Below are positions 18,075-26,404 of a stretch of 31,155 nucleotides of DNA, piece after piece. Numbering within the stretch: position 1 is the first letter of the stretch; the number at the start of each line of letters is the position of its first letter. The translations under genes and the position numbers were made by a program. This stretch comes from Candidatus Sigynarchaeum calidifontis (GTDB taxonomy: Archaea; Asgardarchaeota; Lokiarchaeia; Sigyniarchaeales; Sigyniarchaeaceae), in the NCBI GenBank assembly GCA_030587475.2, contig JAUQYZ020000031.1, positions 1-31,155 on the forward strand, in the 5' to 3' direction. A model generated the notes under the pieces. That model worked only from the letters and a program-made list of their open reading frames with translations. It made no database searches and was not told the origin of the DNA.

Positions 18075-18102
18075 TGGGGTAACGTTTTTCCCCATTTTTA
18101 TT
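18075..18102 (+). terminator. Intra-operon hairpin plus U-rich tract
   Basis: TGGGG(18075-79)...CCCCA(18090-94) followed by TTTTTATT, between the sulfur-carrier genes and hdrC. Confidence 0.4.
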
Positions 18103-18194
18103 CCATTATCTCGATCATCCAAGTTCCCCGAATATCACGATCAACAACAATTAACGGCGCATGTCATCGTGCGCGAATCCCGGGTAGAAATGAC

Positions 18195-18785
18195 ATGAGT
18201 GAAACCGTCCCAGTAAAAAAACAATTCAAGACCGATGCAGAATACGACGAGAATTTCTTCAAGGACATCGAGAGGCGATCCAACATCTGGTCTTGCATCC
18301 AATGCGGCACGTGCACCGCGTCGTGCGAGTCTGGCAGGTGGACTGCACTCAAGACGCGCAATATCATCCGGAAAGTCGTGCTCGGAGACCTTTCCGTTCT
18401 CGATGACCCCGACATCTGGCTCTGCACGACATGTTACAACTGCTTGGAACGATGTCCAAGAGATGTGCGACCGACCGACGTGATCATCGAGCTGCGAAAC
18501 ATGGCCGCCAAGCGCGGCAACATGCATCCCGCGCACAAGAAGACGGTCGGTTTCTTGAAGGAAACAGGCCACGCGGTGCCTATTAACGATCAAGTCCGGA
18601 AACAACGGAAGGACCTCGGGCTCGACGAGCTGCCCCCGACGCTTTTCAAATTCAAAATGAATGGTGATGACAAGGTGCTCAAGAATATTCACGCCAAGCT
18701 CTTCAACGTCGCCAACATCGAGAAGGCATCAGGGCTTGCAAAACTTGAAGGCAAGTCAAAGGATAAAAAGTCGGAGGAAAAATGA
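18195..18785 (+). CDS. hdrC: Heterodisulfide reductase subunit C
   Basis: CIQCGTCTASCESG...IWLCTTCYNCLERCPR.V.PTDVII.LRN...ETGHAVP, methanogen type. Confidence 0.95.
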   Translation: MSETVPVKKQFKTDAEYDENFFKDIERRSNIWSCIQCGTCTASCESGRWTALKTRNIIRKVVLGDLSVLDDPDIWLCTTCYNCLERCPRDVRPTDVIIELRNMAAKRGNMHPAHKKTVGFLKETGHAVPINDQVRKQRKDLGLDELPPTLFKFKMNGDDKVLKNIHAKLFNVANIEKASGLAKLEGKSKDKKSEEK

Positions 18786-18786
18786 A

Positions 18787-19686
18787 ATGGTGAAGGAAAA
18801 AACGTTTGCATTCTTCCTTGGATGCATCGCGCCCAACCGGTACCCGCAGCTCGAGAAGGCAACGAAGTTTGTAATGGAAAAAATCGGGTATACCTTGCTC
18901 GATATGGAACAAGCAAGCTGCTGTCCTGCCCCGGGGGTTTTCAAATCATTCGACAAGTACGACTGGATGGTCGCGGCGGCACGCAATATCGTGATCGCTG
19001 AACGTCTGGATGCCAATCTCGTTACAATATGTAACGGCTGCTTCGGAACGCTACAAGAAGTTAACAAGCATCTAAAAGAGGATCCAAAAGCCAAGGAATA
19101 CGTGAATGCGCGCCTCAAGGAGATCGGTGATTACGAGTTCAAGGGCACGATCATGGTTCGTCATGCCGCCGAGGTACTCGCCTATGAGATAGGCCCAGAG
19201 GGCGTCGCCCCGTTCATTACCCGCAAGCTCAACGCCCGTGCAGTTATCCATTATGGATGTCACTTCTTGAAACCCACTCGCATCAGGGGGTTGGACAGTG
19301 CCGAGAAGCCGACCATGCTCGAGAACTTCGCAACCATTCTTGGTATCGAGTCGCTCGAATTCGAGAACAAGTACACGTGCTGCGGGGCTGGGGGCGGTAT
19401 CAAGGCGGCCCACGCGGTTCCGTCGATGAAAATTTTCGGGGAGAAGATGAAGGATATCGACAAGGTCAAGCCTGATTTCATCCTCGATATCTGTCCCTTC
19501 TGCCACTTGCAGTTCGAGACGGGCCAGGATTATCTAAATAAAAATGAAGAATGCAATTACGATTATCCCGTGCTTCACCTGTCCCAGGTCGTCGCCTGGT
19601 GCATGGGCATGGATCAAAAGTTCGTCGGGCTCCAGTACCAGCAGATGGGTCGCAATTATATCTTCCCCGAAAAGGAGGTCGCTTGA
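18787..19686 (+). CDS. hdrB: Heterodisulfide reductase subunit B
   Basis: [51 protein letters not shown]: all non-cubane cluster ligand motifs present. Confidence 0.96.
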   Translation: MVKEKTFAFFLGCIAPNRYPQLEKATKFVMEKIGYTLLDMEQASCCPAPGVFKSFDKYDWMVAAARNIVIAERLDANLVTICNGCFGTLQEVNKHLKEDPKAKEYVNARLKEIGDYEFKGTIMVRHAAEVLAYEIGPEGVAPFITRKLNARAVIHYGCHFLKPTRIRGLDSAEKPTMLENFATILGIESLEFENKYTCCGAGGGIKAAHAVPSMKIFGEKMKDIDKVKPDFILDICPFCHLQFETGQDYLNKNEECNYDYPVLHLSQVVAWCMGMDQKFVGLQYQQMGRNYIFPEKEVA

Positions 19687-19690
19687 TACA

Positions 19691-21709
19691 ATGCCGGAAC
19701 ATGTGAAAAAAGAGAAGGATGTTACTGCCAAGCCCGTGACTGAGCCTAAAATCGGGGTTTTCGTCTGCGAGTGTGGCGGGAACATCTCCGGCAAGGTGCG
19801 GGTGCAAGACGTAGCGGCCTTCGCAAAAACCCTCCCCAACGTCGAGGTGGCCGAATATAACTTCTCCATGTGCAGCTCCGTCGGGGTTGATATGATCAAG
19901 AAAGCCATCGAAGAAAAAGGGATAGACCGTACCGTGGTTTGTTCGTGTTCCAAGGCCCAGCACGGACCGACGTTTGCAAGAGCCATCGAGGAAGGTGGCC
20001 TTAACAAGCACATGCACGAGCAAGTGAACATCCGCGAGTGGGACTCGTGGGTAACGAAAGGTAAGGACGAGGCGACCGAGAAAGCAAAAAAAGCCCTCGA
20101 AGCGGGCGTGAACCGTTCCCGGAAGCTCGAGCCCGTCGAGACCCGGCAGATCCCCGTCACGAAAGCGGCTTTAGTCATAGGCGGGGGTATCGCGGGCTGC
20201 CGTGCAGCCATGGACCTGGCAAACCTGGGCGTTCCCGTGTATCTGGTCGAGCAATCTCCAACCATTGGTGGACACATGGCCCAGTTATTCAAGACATTTC
20301 CCACGAACGAGTGCCCTCAATGCAGTATCTCCCCTCTTACAAACGGGGTGGCCAATAACAAGAATATCACGCTCTTCACGAATGCATCAATCAAGAAAGT
20401 CGAAGGTTCCATCGGCAAGTTCGGTGTCGACATCGAGATAAAGCCACGGTACGTGGAATCGAATTGCACGAGCTGTGGCAAGTGTAGTGATGCCTGCCCG
20501 GTCGAGGTGCCTTCGGAATGGGACAGCGGTATGACGTACCGCAAGGCCATCTATAAACCCTTCCCGCAAGCAATTCCCGCGACATTCATTCGCGACAAGA
20601 ACGCGTGTATCGAGTGCAACACGTGCGTGAACGTGTGTCCCGTCGATGCTGTCAATTTCAAGCAAAAAAAGCAAGAGGTGCAAGTCGAGGTTGGTACCAT
20701 CGTCGTTGCCGTTGGTTATGACGAGTACGATCCAACTGAAATCGAAGCGTATCATCATGGCGACAAGGGATACGAGGACGTGATCACGCAGCTCAAGCTC
20801 GAGCGCATGATGACCCCTGTTTCCATCACGGGTGGCGAAATCTTGCGCCCGAGCGATGGCCGCGTGCCGAAGAAGCTCGTCATGATTCAATGCGTCGGCA
20901 GCCGGAACGAACAGGTCGGTAACAAGTATTGCACGGGCGTGTGTTGCATGTTCGCGCTAAAAAATGCCCAGATTATCAAGGAAAAGCATCCCGAAATGGA
21001 CATCACGATCTGTTACATCGACATCCGTACGCCGGGGCTCCAATACGAGGAATTTTACAAGCGTGCCCAGACTCTCGGCGTTCGGTTCATCCGCGGCCGC
21101 CCGTCCGAGATCGCTCGTGACCCCGCTAGCGGGCAACTACACGTTATTGTCGAGGACACGCTCTCCATGACTCCCCTCGCGTTGCAAGCAGATATGGTCG
21201 TCCTTTCGGCCGCCATGGTTCCCCCGAAAAGTATCGGAACACTTGGGTCAAGCTTGCACGTGCTACGCAGTGCCGAGGGATTCATCAAGGAGTATCACAT
21301 CAAGATGAACCCGACATCATCGAGCAAGGGCGGCATCTTTATCGCAGGTGCTATTCAAGGTCCAAAAGATATCACGCAATCGGTTGCCCAGGCTGGAAGT
21401 GCAGCGGCTCTCGCCGCAGCACCGCTGGTCAAGGGATATATCGAGAAGGACATGCTAGTTCCCGTTATCGACGAGCAATTATGCGTTCGATGCAATGCGT
21501 GCGTGGCCGTGTGCCCTGTCTCGGCACTGGAACGGGCAGAGGATGGTAGGATCAAGGTCAACGACGTGGCATGCCGGTCTTGTGGCTTGTGCATGCCCGC
21601 GTGTCCAACGACGGCCATTCAGCTCAGGAACTTCCGCGACGACCAGATCCACGACGAGATCATTGCCCTTGCCGATAATCCAAAGGAAGGAGGTCATGTA
21701 CATGGTTGA
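19691..21709 (+). CDS. hdrA: Heterodisulfide reductase subunit A (672 aa)
   Basis: [37 protein letters not shown], inserted 2[4Fe-4S] ferredoxin, [25 protein letters not shown]-terminal ferredoxin. GGAGGT upstream. Confidence 0.96.
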   Translation: MPEHVKKEKDVTAKPVTEPKIGVFVCECGGNISGKVRVQDVAAFAKTLPNVEVAEYNFSMCSSVGVDMIKKAIEEKGIDRTVVCSCSKAQHGPTFARAIEEGGLNKHMHEQVNIREWDSWVTKGKDEATEKAKKALEAGVNRSRKLEPVETRQIPVTKAALVIGGGIAGCRAAMDLANLGVPVYLVEQSPTIGGHMAQLFKTFPTNECPQCSISPLTNGVANNKNITLFTNASIKKVEGSIGKFGVDIEIKPRYVESNCTSCGKCSDACPVEVPSEWDSGMTYRKAIYKPFPQAIPATFIRDKNACIECNTCVNVCPVDAVNFKQKKQEVQVEVGTIVVAVGYDEYDPTEIEAYHHGDKGYEDVITQLKLERMMTPVSITGGEILRPSDGRVPKKLVMIQCVGSRNEQVGNKYCTGVCCMFALKNAQIIKEKHPEMDITICYIDIRTPGLQYEEFYKRAQTLGVRFIRGRPSEIARDPASGQLHVIVEDTLSMTPLALQADMVVLSAAMVPPKSIGTLGSSLHVLRSAEGFIKEYHIKMNPTSSSKGGIFIAGAIQGPKDITQSVAQAGSAAALAAAPLVKGYIEKDMLVPVIDEQLCVRCNACVAVCPVSALERAEDGRIKVNDVACRSCGLCMPACPTTAIQLRNFRDDQIHDEIIALADNPKEGGHVHG

Positions 21710-22154
21710 ATCCAAAACCCGTGGTTGCAGCGTGCCAGCCGATCGTCATCAGCACAACATCGTCGTCTTCGCGTGCAACGAGTGCGGTCAAGGTGCATTC
21801 AACACGGCCGGCGTCGCCCGCATGGCTTACGACGCTTCGGTCACGATCGTCCCTGTCCAGTGTTCGGGCATGATCTCGCCAACCATGATCATGGACGCGC
21901 TGGCAGCGGGTGCTGACGCCGTCGGTTGCATTGGTTGTTGCTTCGGTGCGTGCCATTTCGTCAACGGGAATTTCCTCAACATGCACCGGGTCAAGCTCAT
22001 GAAAAAGCTATTTCTCGAAATGGGCTACAGCGACCAGTTCATCAATCATTACACCGCACGAGCGGCCGAAGGTGAAACCGCGGTTGGCGATGTCGAGGAC
22101 ATCCTCGAGCGCCTCGAGAAGGCGGAGAAACAAGGAGGGACGTTCAAACAATGA
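21702..22154 (+). CDS. mvhD: MvhD/FlpD [2Fe-2S] adaptor subunit
   Basis: FACNEC, VQCSG, GADAV...[23 protein letters not shown] 7 nt upstream; overlaps the hdrA stop. Confidence 0.92.
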   Translation: MVESKTRGCSVPADRHQHNIVVFACNECGQGAFNTAGVARMAYDASVTIVPVQCSGMISPTMIMDALAAGADAVGCIGCCFGACHFVNGNFLNMHRVKLMKKLFLEMGYSDQFINHYTARAAEGETAVGDVEDILERLEKAEKQGGTFKQ

Positions 22155-23386
22155 AGATCGGCATCTTCCAGTTCAACGGCTGCGACAAGTGCTTCGCCGA
22201 GTCGTTGCTCCTCGGTGGTGGACACGAGGTCGAGAGGGTAACGAAACCTGCATCATGGCAAGGTGGCAAATTGGACGTGGCCGTGATCACGGGCTACTTG
22301 CTCCCGAAGGACAAGCCTGCCCTCGAAAAGATCGCGAACATCGCTGCAAAGATCGTTGCATTCGGCAGCTGTACCACGACTGGTGGTGTATTTGGTCTCG
22401 CATACCAGCGTGGAAACGATATACACCCGCTATCCACGATCATCTCCAAGGAAGTGCTCAACGTCGATGGCTGCCTCGGGGAAGTCGAGGAACTCGAGGC
22501 GGCATTGTGGGGGAAGGTTCCCGACGGGAAGACCAAGCTCTGCGATGCTTGCCCGCGCCATTCTACTTGCCAATACCTCGACGATGTGGTGCGTCAGCTG
22601 GAGATTGAGGACGGAGACGATGTCTGCTTCAATAATAAGGGTTTTCTCTGCAGCGGCTACGTGGCCCGATCTTGCAAGGAGTTTTGCGTGGGATCAGGCA
22701 CGCCATGCCGTGGGTGCAAACCATCAATCAAGGATTCGTCGTTCCGCATGCTCGGCATGTTCGCGACCCTCATGGCAAACGTGGAAGTTGCGACCGAAGC
22801 AACGGGCAAGGGTGGTACCGACAAGCTCGCTGACGAGCCGGATGCAGTCACGCGCAGCGTGCCGGACGTTTCCGGCAGCTTCTTCCGGTTCACGCTCCCG
22901 GCGAGTCGCTTGCCCCTCGGCAAGTCATCTTCGACCGGGGACGTTCTCTCCGACGTGTTCGTCGGCCGACCCCTGGAGGAACTCCCCCTCATAGCGGGTT
23001 TGCTCGGTGGCATGAAATCCATCTCGTTCGTGCTGGACGTGGTGGAAGCATACGAGAATGGCACCGGCATGGTGGTGTCGGAGAAGACCATGACATTACG
23101 CAAGGAGCTGCGGGCGCTGGAAAAAGGATTGCAAGAAGCGATCGCCAAGGGCGACAAAAATGGATATAAAACCGCAACGGTGGCTATCCGGAAGATCGCG
23201 GGTAACATGAACCTATCGAACGTGTTCTTCGGCGGGTTCAAGGTGCCGGTCCAGGGCCATGATGATATCAACGCCTACAAGTCCCACGTCTTCGAAATAA
23301 AGGCCGGAAAATATGCCAGCGGCTCGGTTGCGTACGAGATCGATTCGAGCGGCATGGTCACAGCGTTCACTCGCAAGGAGGCATGA
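22151..23386 (+). CDS. mvhG: MvhG-like hydrogenase small subunit fused to a Cys-less remnant of a [NiFe] large subunit
   Basis: GCDKC, FGSC...GG, DGC, CDACP, VCF...LCSG, SCKEFC, PCRGC, DVSGSFFRFTLP, followed by a ~150-aa MvhA-like extension. ATGA overlap with mvhD. Confidence 0.8.
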   Translation: MKIGIFQFNGCDKCFAESLLLGGGHEVERVTKPASWQGGKLDVAVITGYLLPKDKPALEKIANIAAKIVAFGSCTTTGGVFGLAYQRGNDIHPLSTIISKEVLNVDGCLGEVEELEAALWGKVPDGKTKLCDACPRHSTCQYLDDVVRQLEIEDGDDVCFNNKGFLCSGYVARSCKEFCVGSGTPCRGCKPSIKDSSFRMLGMFATLMANVEVATEATGKGGTDKLADEPDAVTRSVPDVSGSFFRFTLPASRLPLGKSSSTGDVLSDVFVGRPLEELPLIAGLLGGMKSISFVLDVVEAYENGTGMVVSEKTMTLRKELRALEKGLQEAIAKGDKNGYKTATVAIRKIAGNMNLSNVFFGGFKVPVQGHDDINAYKSHVFEIKAGKYASGSVAYEIDSSGMVTAFTRKEA

Positions 23387-23393
23387 TCAAGTC

Positions 23394-24887
23394 ATGAGCT
23401 TTGAATTACTCAAGAACGAAGTGATCGACATCGGGCTTTGCCAGGGTTGCGCTAAGTGCGCCGGAACATGCAAGCACATCGAAATGGTCGATTTAAAACC
23501 CCATCTTAAGGACAAATGCATCCTCGAGGAAAAAGGTATCGATTGCGGGTTGTGTTATAGAACGTGCCCGCAAGTCATCCAGAAGCCATTCACAGAAATC
23601 AAGAAAGAACCACTCGAGGTCTTCTCGCTGCGAGCCAAGGACATGGCCGCGGGAAGCAAGGCTGGCGGGGCCGTGACGGCCCTAGCGAAAATGATGCTCG
23701 GCGACGGCGATGTCTCGCACATGATCTTGGTTCGTGATGGCGATGGGAAGCCCGTCACCGACGTGATTACCGATCCAGGCAAGATCAGCACCTATGCCGG
23801 GGTCACGCTCGGGCGGTCGGGGATCCTCGAGAAGCTCATCAAGACTCTTGGCGAGGAAAACAAGGGTGTCGGCATCGTCGCCGTGCCATGCGAGATCCGC
23901 GGCACGGAAGAGGTCGAGAGGCGAATGGGTGTTGAGATTGCCAAGATCGCCTTGTTCTGCAACTCGCAGATGCGGTCGGACAGGACAGATCTCGGCGAAA
24001 CGGTATCCCCGTGCGCGACGAATTGCCCCGCGGGCGTGAATGCAAGAGATTACACGGCCCTCATCCGCAGCGGCCGGTTCCAGGAGGCCATCGATCTCAT
24101 CCGGGAGGATAACCCGCTCCCCAGCGTTTGTGGTCGCATATGCACCCACGAATGCGAGCATGGCTGCACGCTAATGGGTGCCACGACCCCGATAGCCGTG
24201 CGCGAGCTCAAAAAATTCGTATCGGAATGGGAGATGAAAAATGCACGCAAGATCGACGAGCTGAAGGCGAGACCCCGGCCAAGCGGTAAAAAAGTGGCCG
24301 TCATCGGCGGTGGCCCGGCGGGCCTCACGTGCGCGTATTACCTCGCGCGCCTTGGTTATCGCCCTACGATCTTCGAGAAAACGGCCAAGCTCGGCGGCAT
24401 GTTGAAGGCTGGCGTGCCGTCGTTCCGGCTGCCCGACGAGGTCCTGGATTACGATGTCGACACTATCAAAGCTCTCGGCGTGGACGTGAAGCTCGAGACC
24501 CCGATAGGCAAGGATCTCACTTTCGATGCCTTAAAGGCGCAAGGATTTGAAGCATTTTTCATCGGCATCGGCCAATGGCAGCCCCGGACGCTCAAGACCC
24601 CCGGCGAGGATCTTCCCGGTGTCTACACGGCCATCGACTTCTTGCTCAACCGCAAGTACCGGTACTGGGAAAAGAAGGACGAGTTCAAGGACAAGACCCT
24701 GTACATACTTGGCGGTGGTCCCGTTGGTGTTGACGTTGCCCAGACTGCTTTGCGTCTTGGTGCCAAGAAAGTGTACCTGGCCGAGATCCGCACGGAAAAC
24801 GAGCTCAAGATCGTCGTCGACGATATCCCGGAGAACGAGCTGAAGTACATGGAATATTTATACTCGACCAACACGGTCAAGTTCTAA
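23394..24887 (+). CDS. N-terminal part of an FrhB/FdhB-GltD(NfnB-like) chimeric flavoprotein, ending at a premature in-frame TAA
   Basis: EVIDIGLCQGCAKC, CGLCYRTCP, GGAVTAL, VPCE, ALFC (FrhB), then PCATNCPAG, NPLPSVCGRIC..ECE..C, GGGPAG, GGML..GVP.FRLP, GGGPVGVD (GltD). Confidence 0.85.
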   Translation: MSFELLKNEVIDIGLCQGCAKCAGTCKHIEMVDLKPHLKDKCILEEKGIDCGLCYRTCPQVIQKPFTEIKKEPLEVFSLRAKDMAAGSKAGGAVTALAKMMLGDGDVSHMILVRDGDGKPVTDVITDPGKISTYAGVTLGRSGILEKLIKTLGEENKGVGIVAVPCEIRGTEEVERRMGVEIAKIALFCNSQMRSDRTDLGETVSPCATNCPAGVNARDYTALIRSGRFQEAIDLIREDNPLPSVCGRICTHECEHGCTLMGATTPIAVRELKKFVSEWEMKNARKIDELKARPRPSGKKVAVIGGGPAGLTCAYYLARLGYRPTIFEKTAKLGGMLKAGVPSFRLPDEVLDYDVDTIKALGVDVKLETPIGKDLTFDALKAQGFEAFFIGIGQWQPRTLKTPGEDLPGVYTAIDFLLNRKYRYWEKKDEFKDKTLYILGGGPVGVDVAQTALRLGAKKVYLAEIRTENELKIVVDDIPENELKYMEYLYSTNTVKF

Positions 24888-25844
24888 AAAAACGCCGATG
24901 ATACCCTCAAAGTTGTTATCCACAACGTTGGCTCTAAACCTCCATATCAGAAGATCGATGGAACGGATCGCGAGATCGTGGTCGACGCGGCGGTCATTGC
25001 CATCGGCCAGGCAACGGATTGGGCGGAGATCGACGCGGCCACCGGCGGCCAGATCAAGAAGGATCGCGGCAAGGTGGTCATCGACGAGCTCACGTTTGAG
25101 ACTAGCATGCCTGGCGTGTTTGCAGGCGGCGACATCGTCGTGCGCGGCAAGGCCGTCGCGATCGCGGCGGTCGCCCACGGGCGCGAGGCAGCGGTGTCCA
25201 TCGACAGGTACTTGCGGGGCGTGGATCTCCGCGAGGGGCGGCTCAAGAAGGACCGGAGTTTTTTCACCAAGCCGTTGATGCCCCCGAAACGTTATTCCGT
25301 CAAGGTTGACACGATGAAGGGGCAGACCGAAGATCTCTACCTGGACTGGAATGAAATCGACGGGTTGTTCACTGCAGAAGCGGCAATTGGTGAAGCCAAG
25401 CGTTGTTTGGCCTGCAACAACTTTTGCTCCCATTGCCAAGATTATTCGGGGGTCCTTGCTGATATCAGTGCAGGCGAGGTCGGATCGGATCCTGGTTACA
25501 CGACGGTGCTGGTTTGGACCGAGAAAGGTCGAAAACTCGTGCGCAAGGCATTGGATAGAGGATTGTTCGACCAAGGTAAGATCAACATGGACGCGGTGAA
25601 CGCGCACATCGTTCGGAAGTCCACGAGGGAGATGTGGAGTTACGAGAAACCCTTGCGCCAGAAGGTGCGCGAGTTTGTCGTCGACAAGGGCCCTGCAACC
25701 GTGAGCATGATTAGCGCCGCCATTGGTGCCAAACCCATCGACGTTCGTTACGAGGTATTGAGGTTGGTACAGGAACGCCAGCTCTCGATGAAACTGATCG
25801 AGGGCAAAGCCGAGCCAGAGTTTGATATTTATTGCGAAGAATGA
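24888..25844 (+). CDS. In-frame continuation of the same gene: GltD C-terminus, FrhB C-terminus and probable winged-helix tail
   Basis: Same frame as the previous ORF directly after the TAA: KNADD...IDGTDREIVVDAAVIAIGQ, TSMPGVFAGGD, EAKRCLAC, CSHCQDYSGVLADISAGEVGS.PGYTTVLVWTEKG. Confidence 0.85.
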   Translation, partial: KNADDTLKVVIHNVGSKPPYQKIDGTDREIVVDAAVIAIGQATDWAEIDAATGGQIKKDRGKVVIDELTFETSMPGVFAGGDIVVRGKAVAIAAVAHGREAAVSIDRYLRGVDLREGRLKKDRSFFTKPLMPPKRYSVKVDTMKGQTEDLYLDWNEIDGLFTAEAAIGEAKRCLACNNFCSHCQDYSGVLADISAGEVGSDPGYTTVLVWTEKGRKLVRKALDRGLFDQGKINMDAVNAHIVRKSTREMWSYEKPLRQKVREFVVDKGPATVSMISAAIGAKPIDVRYEVLRLVQERQLSMKLIEGKAEPEFDIYCEE

Positions 25845-25897
25845 AACACTATTGGTGTTGGAAAGGCAATATGGAAAAAAAGCAGGAGGAAACAAGG

Positions 25898-26134
25898 ATG
25901 AACTACGATGCAGAATTGGATTGCCGCGGGTTAGTGTGTCCCGTCCCCGCGCTGAAGACGAAAAAGGAATTGGCCAAGATGGCACCGGGCAAGGTGCTCC
26001 GGGTCGTAACAGATTACAAGCCCGCTAGTGAATCCGTTCCACGCGATCTGGCCAAGACTCCCAACAAATTGCTTGGCATAGAGTACAACGAAGACGACGG
26101 TGTCTGGTATATCTTCTTCCAGGCTGTCAAATGA
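25898..26134 (+). CDS. tusA: Second TusA/SirA family sulfur carrier
   Basis: LDCRGLVCPVP. GGAGG 8 nt upstream of ATG 25898. Confidence 0.92.
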   Translation: MNYDAELDCRGLVCPVPALKTKKELAKMAPGKVLRVVTDYKPASESVPRDLAKTPNKLLGIEYNEDDGVWYIFFQAVK

Positions 26135-26137
26135 TCC

Positions 26138-26164
26138 TTAATTTTTTTTCAAGTTTTTTTCTTT
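26138..26164 (+). terminator. Archaeal oligo-T terminator closing the tusA-hdr cluster
   Basis: Two long T runs immediately after the tusA stop. Confidence 0.65.
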
Positions 26165-26404
26165 GCTGGTTTCAGCGTTACTATCGACGTGATTGATAAC
26201 CCCCAGAATTCTCTTATAAGTTCAAATCAAAGAGCTGGTAGACAACCTAGTCGAGACATACCAAAGATGAGAAATTCTGAACCGCCTGGGCAATTAAGGC
26301 CCGAGATAATCGATTTGTTGAGAACGTGCACGAAAAAGTCCAAACGTGCATCTTTTTGGTTCGCGTGCATGAATCGAGATAAAAACGTCAACATAAAGGT
26401 GCTC

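Noticed and set aside
16221-21709. Classifying the cluster as the known sHdr sulfur-oxidation system
   Set aside because: HdrA is full length with ferredoxin domains, there is one methanogen-like HdrBC pair, MvhD is present, and no lbpA, hdrH or lipoate genes are in the window.
19691-22154. Selenocysteine in HdrA or MvhD, as occurs in some archaea
   Set aside because: Both frames are open, with Cys codons at the relevant positions (NECPQC; CNEC; GCC).
24885-24892. Programmed frameshift at the A7 run
   Set aside because: Downstream homology is in the same frame; a shift would lose it.
22151-25844. Calling this a functional [NiFe] or F420-reducing hydrogenase
   Set aside because: No RxCGxC or DPCxxC nickel ligands, no large-subunit gene and no maturation protease in the window.
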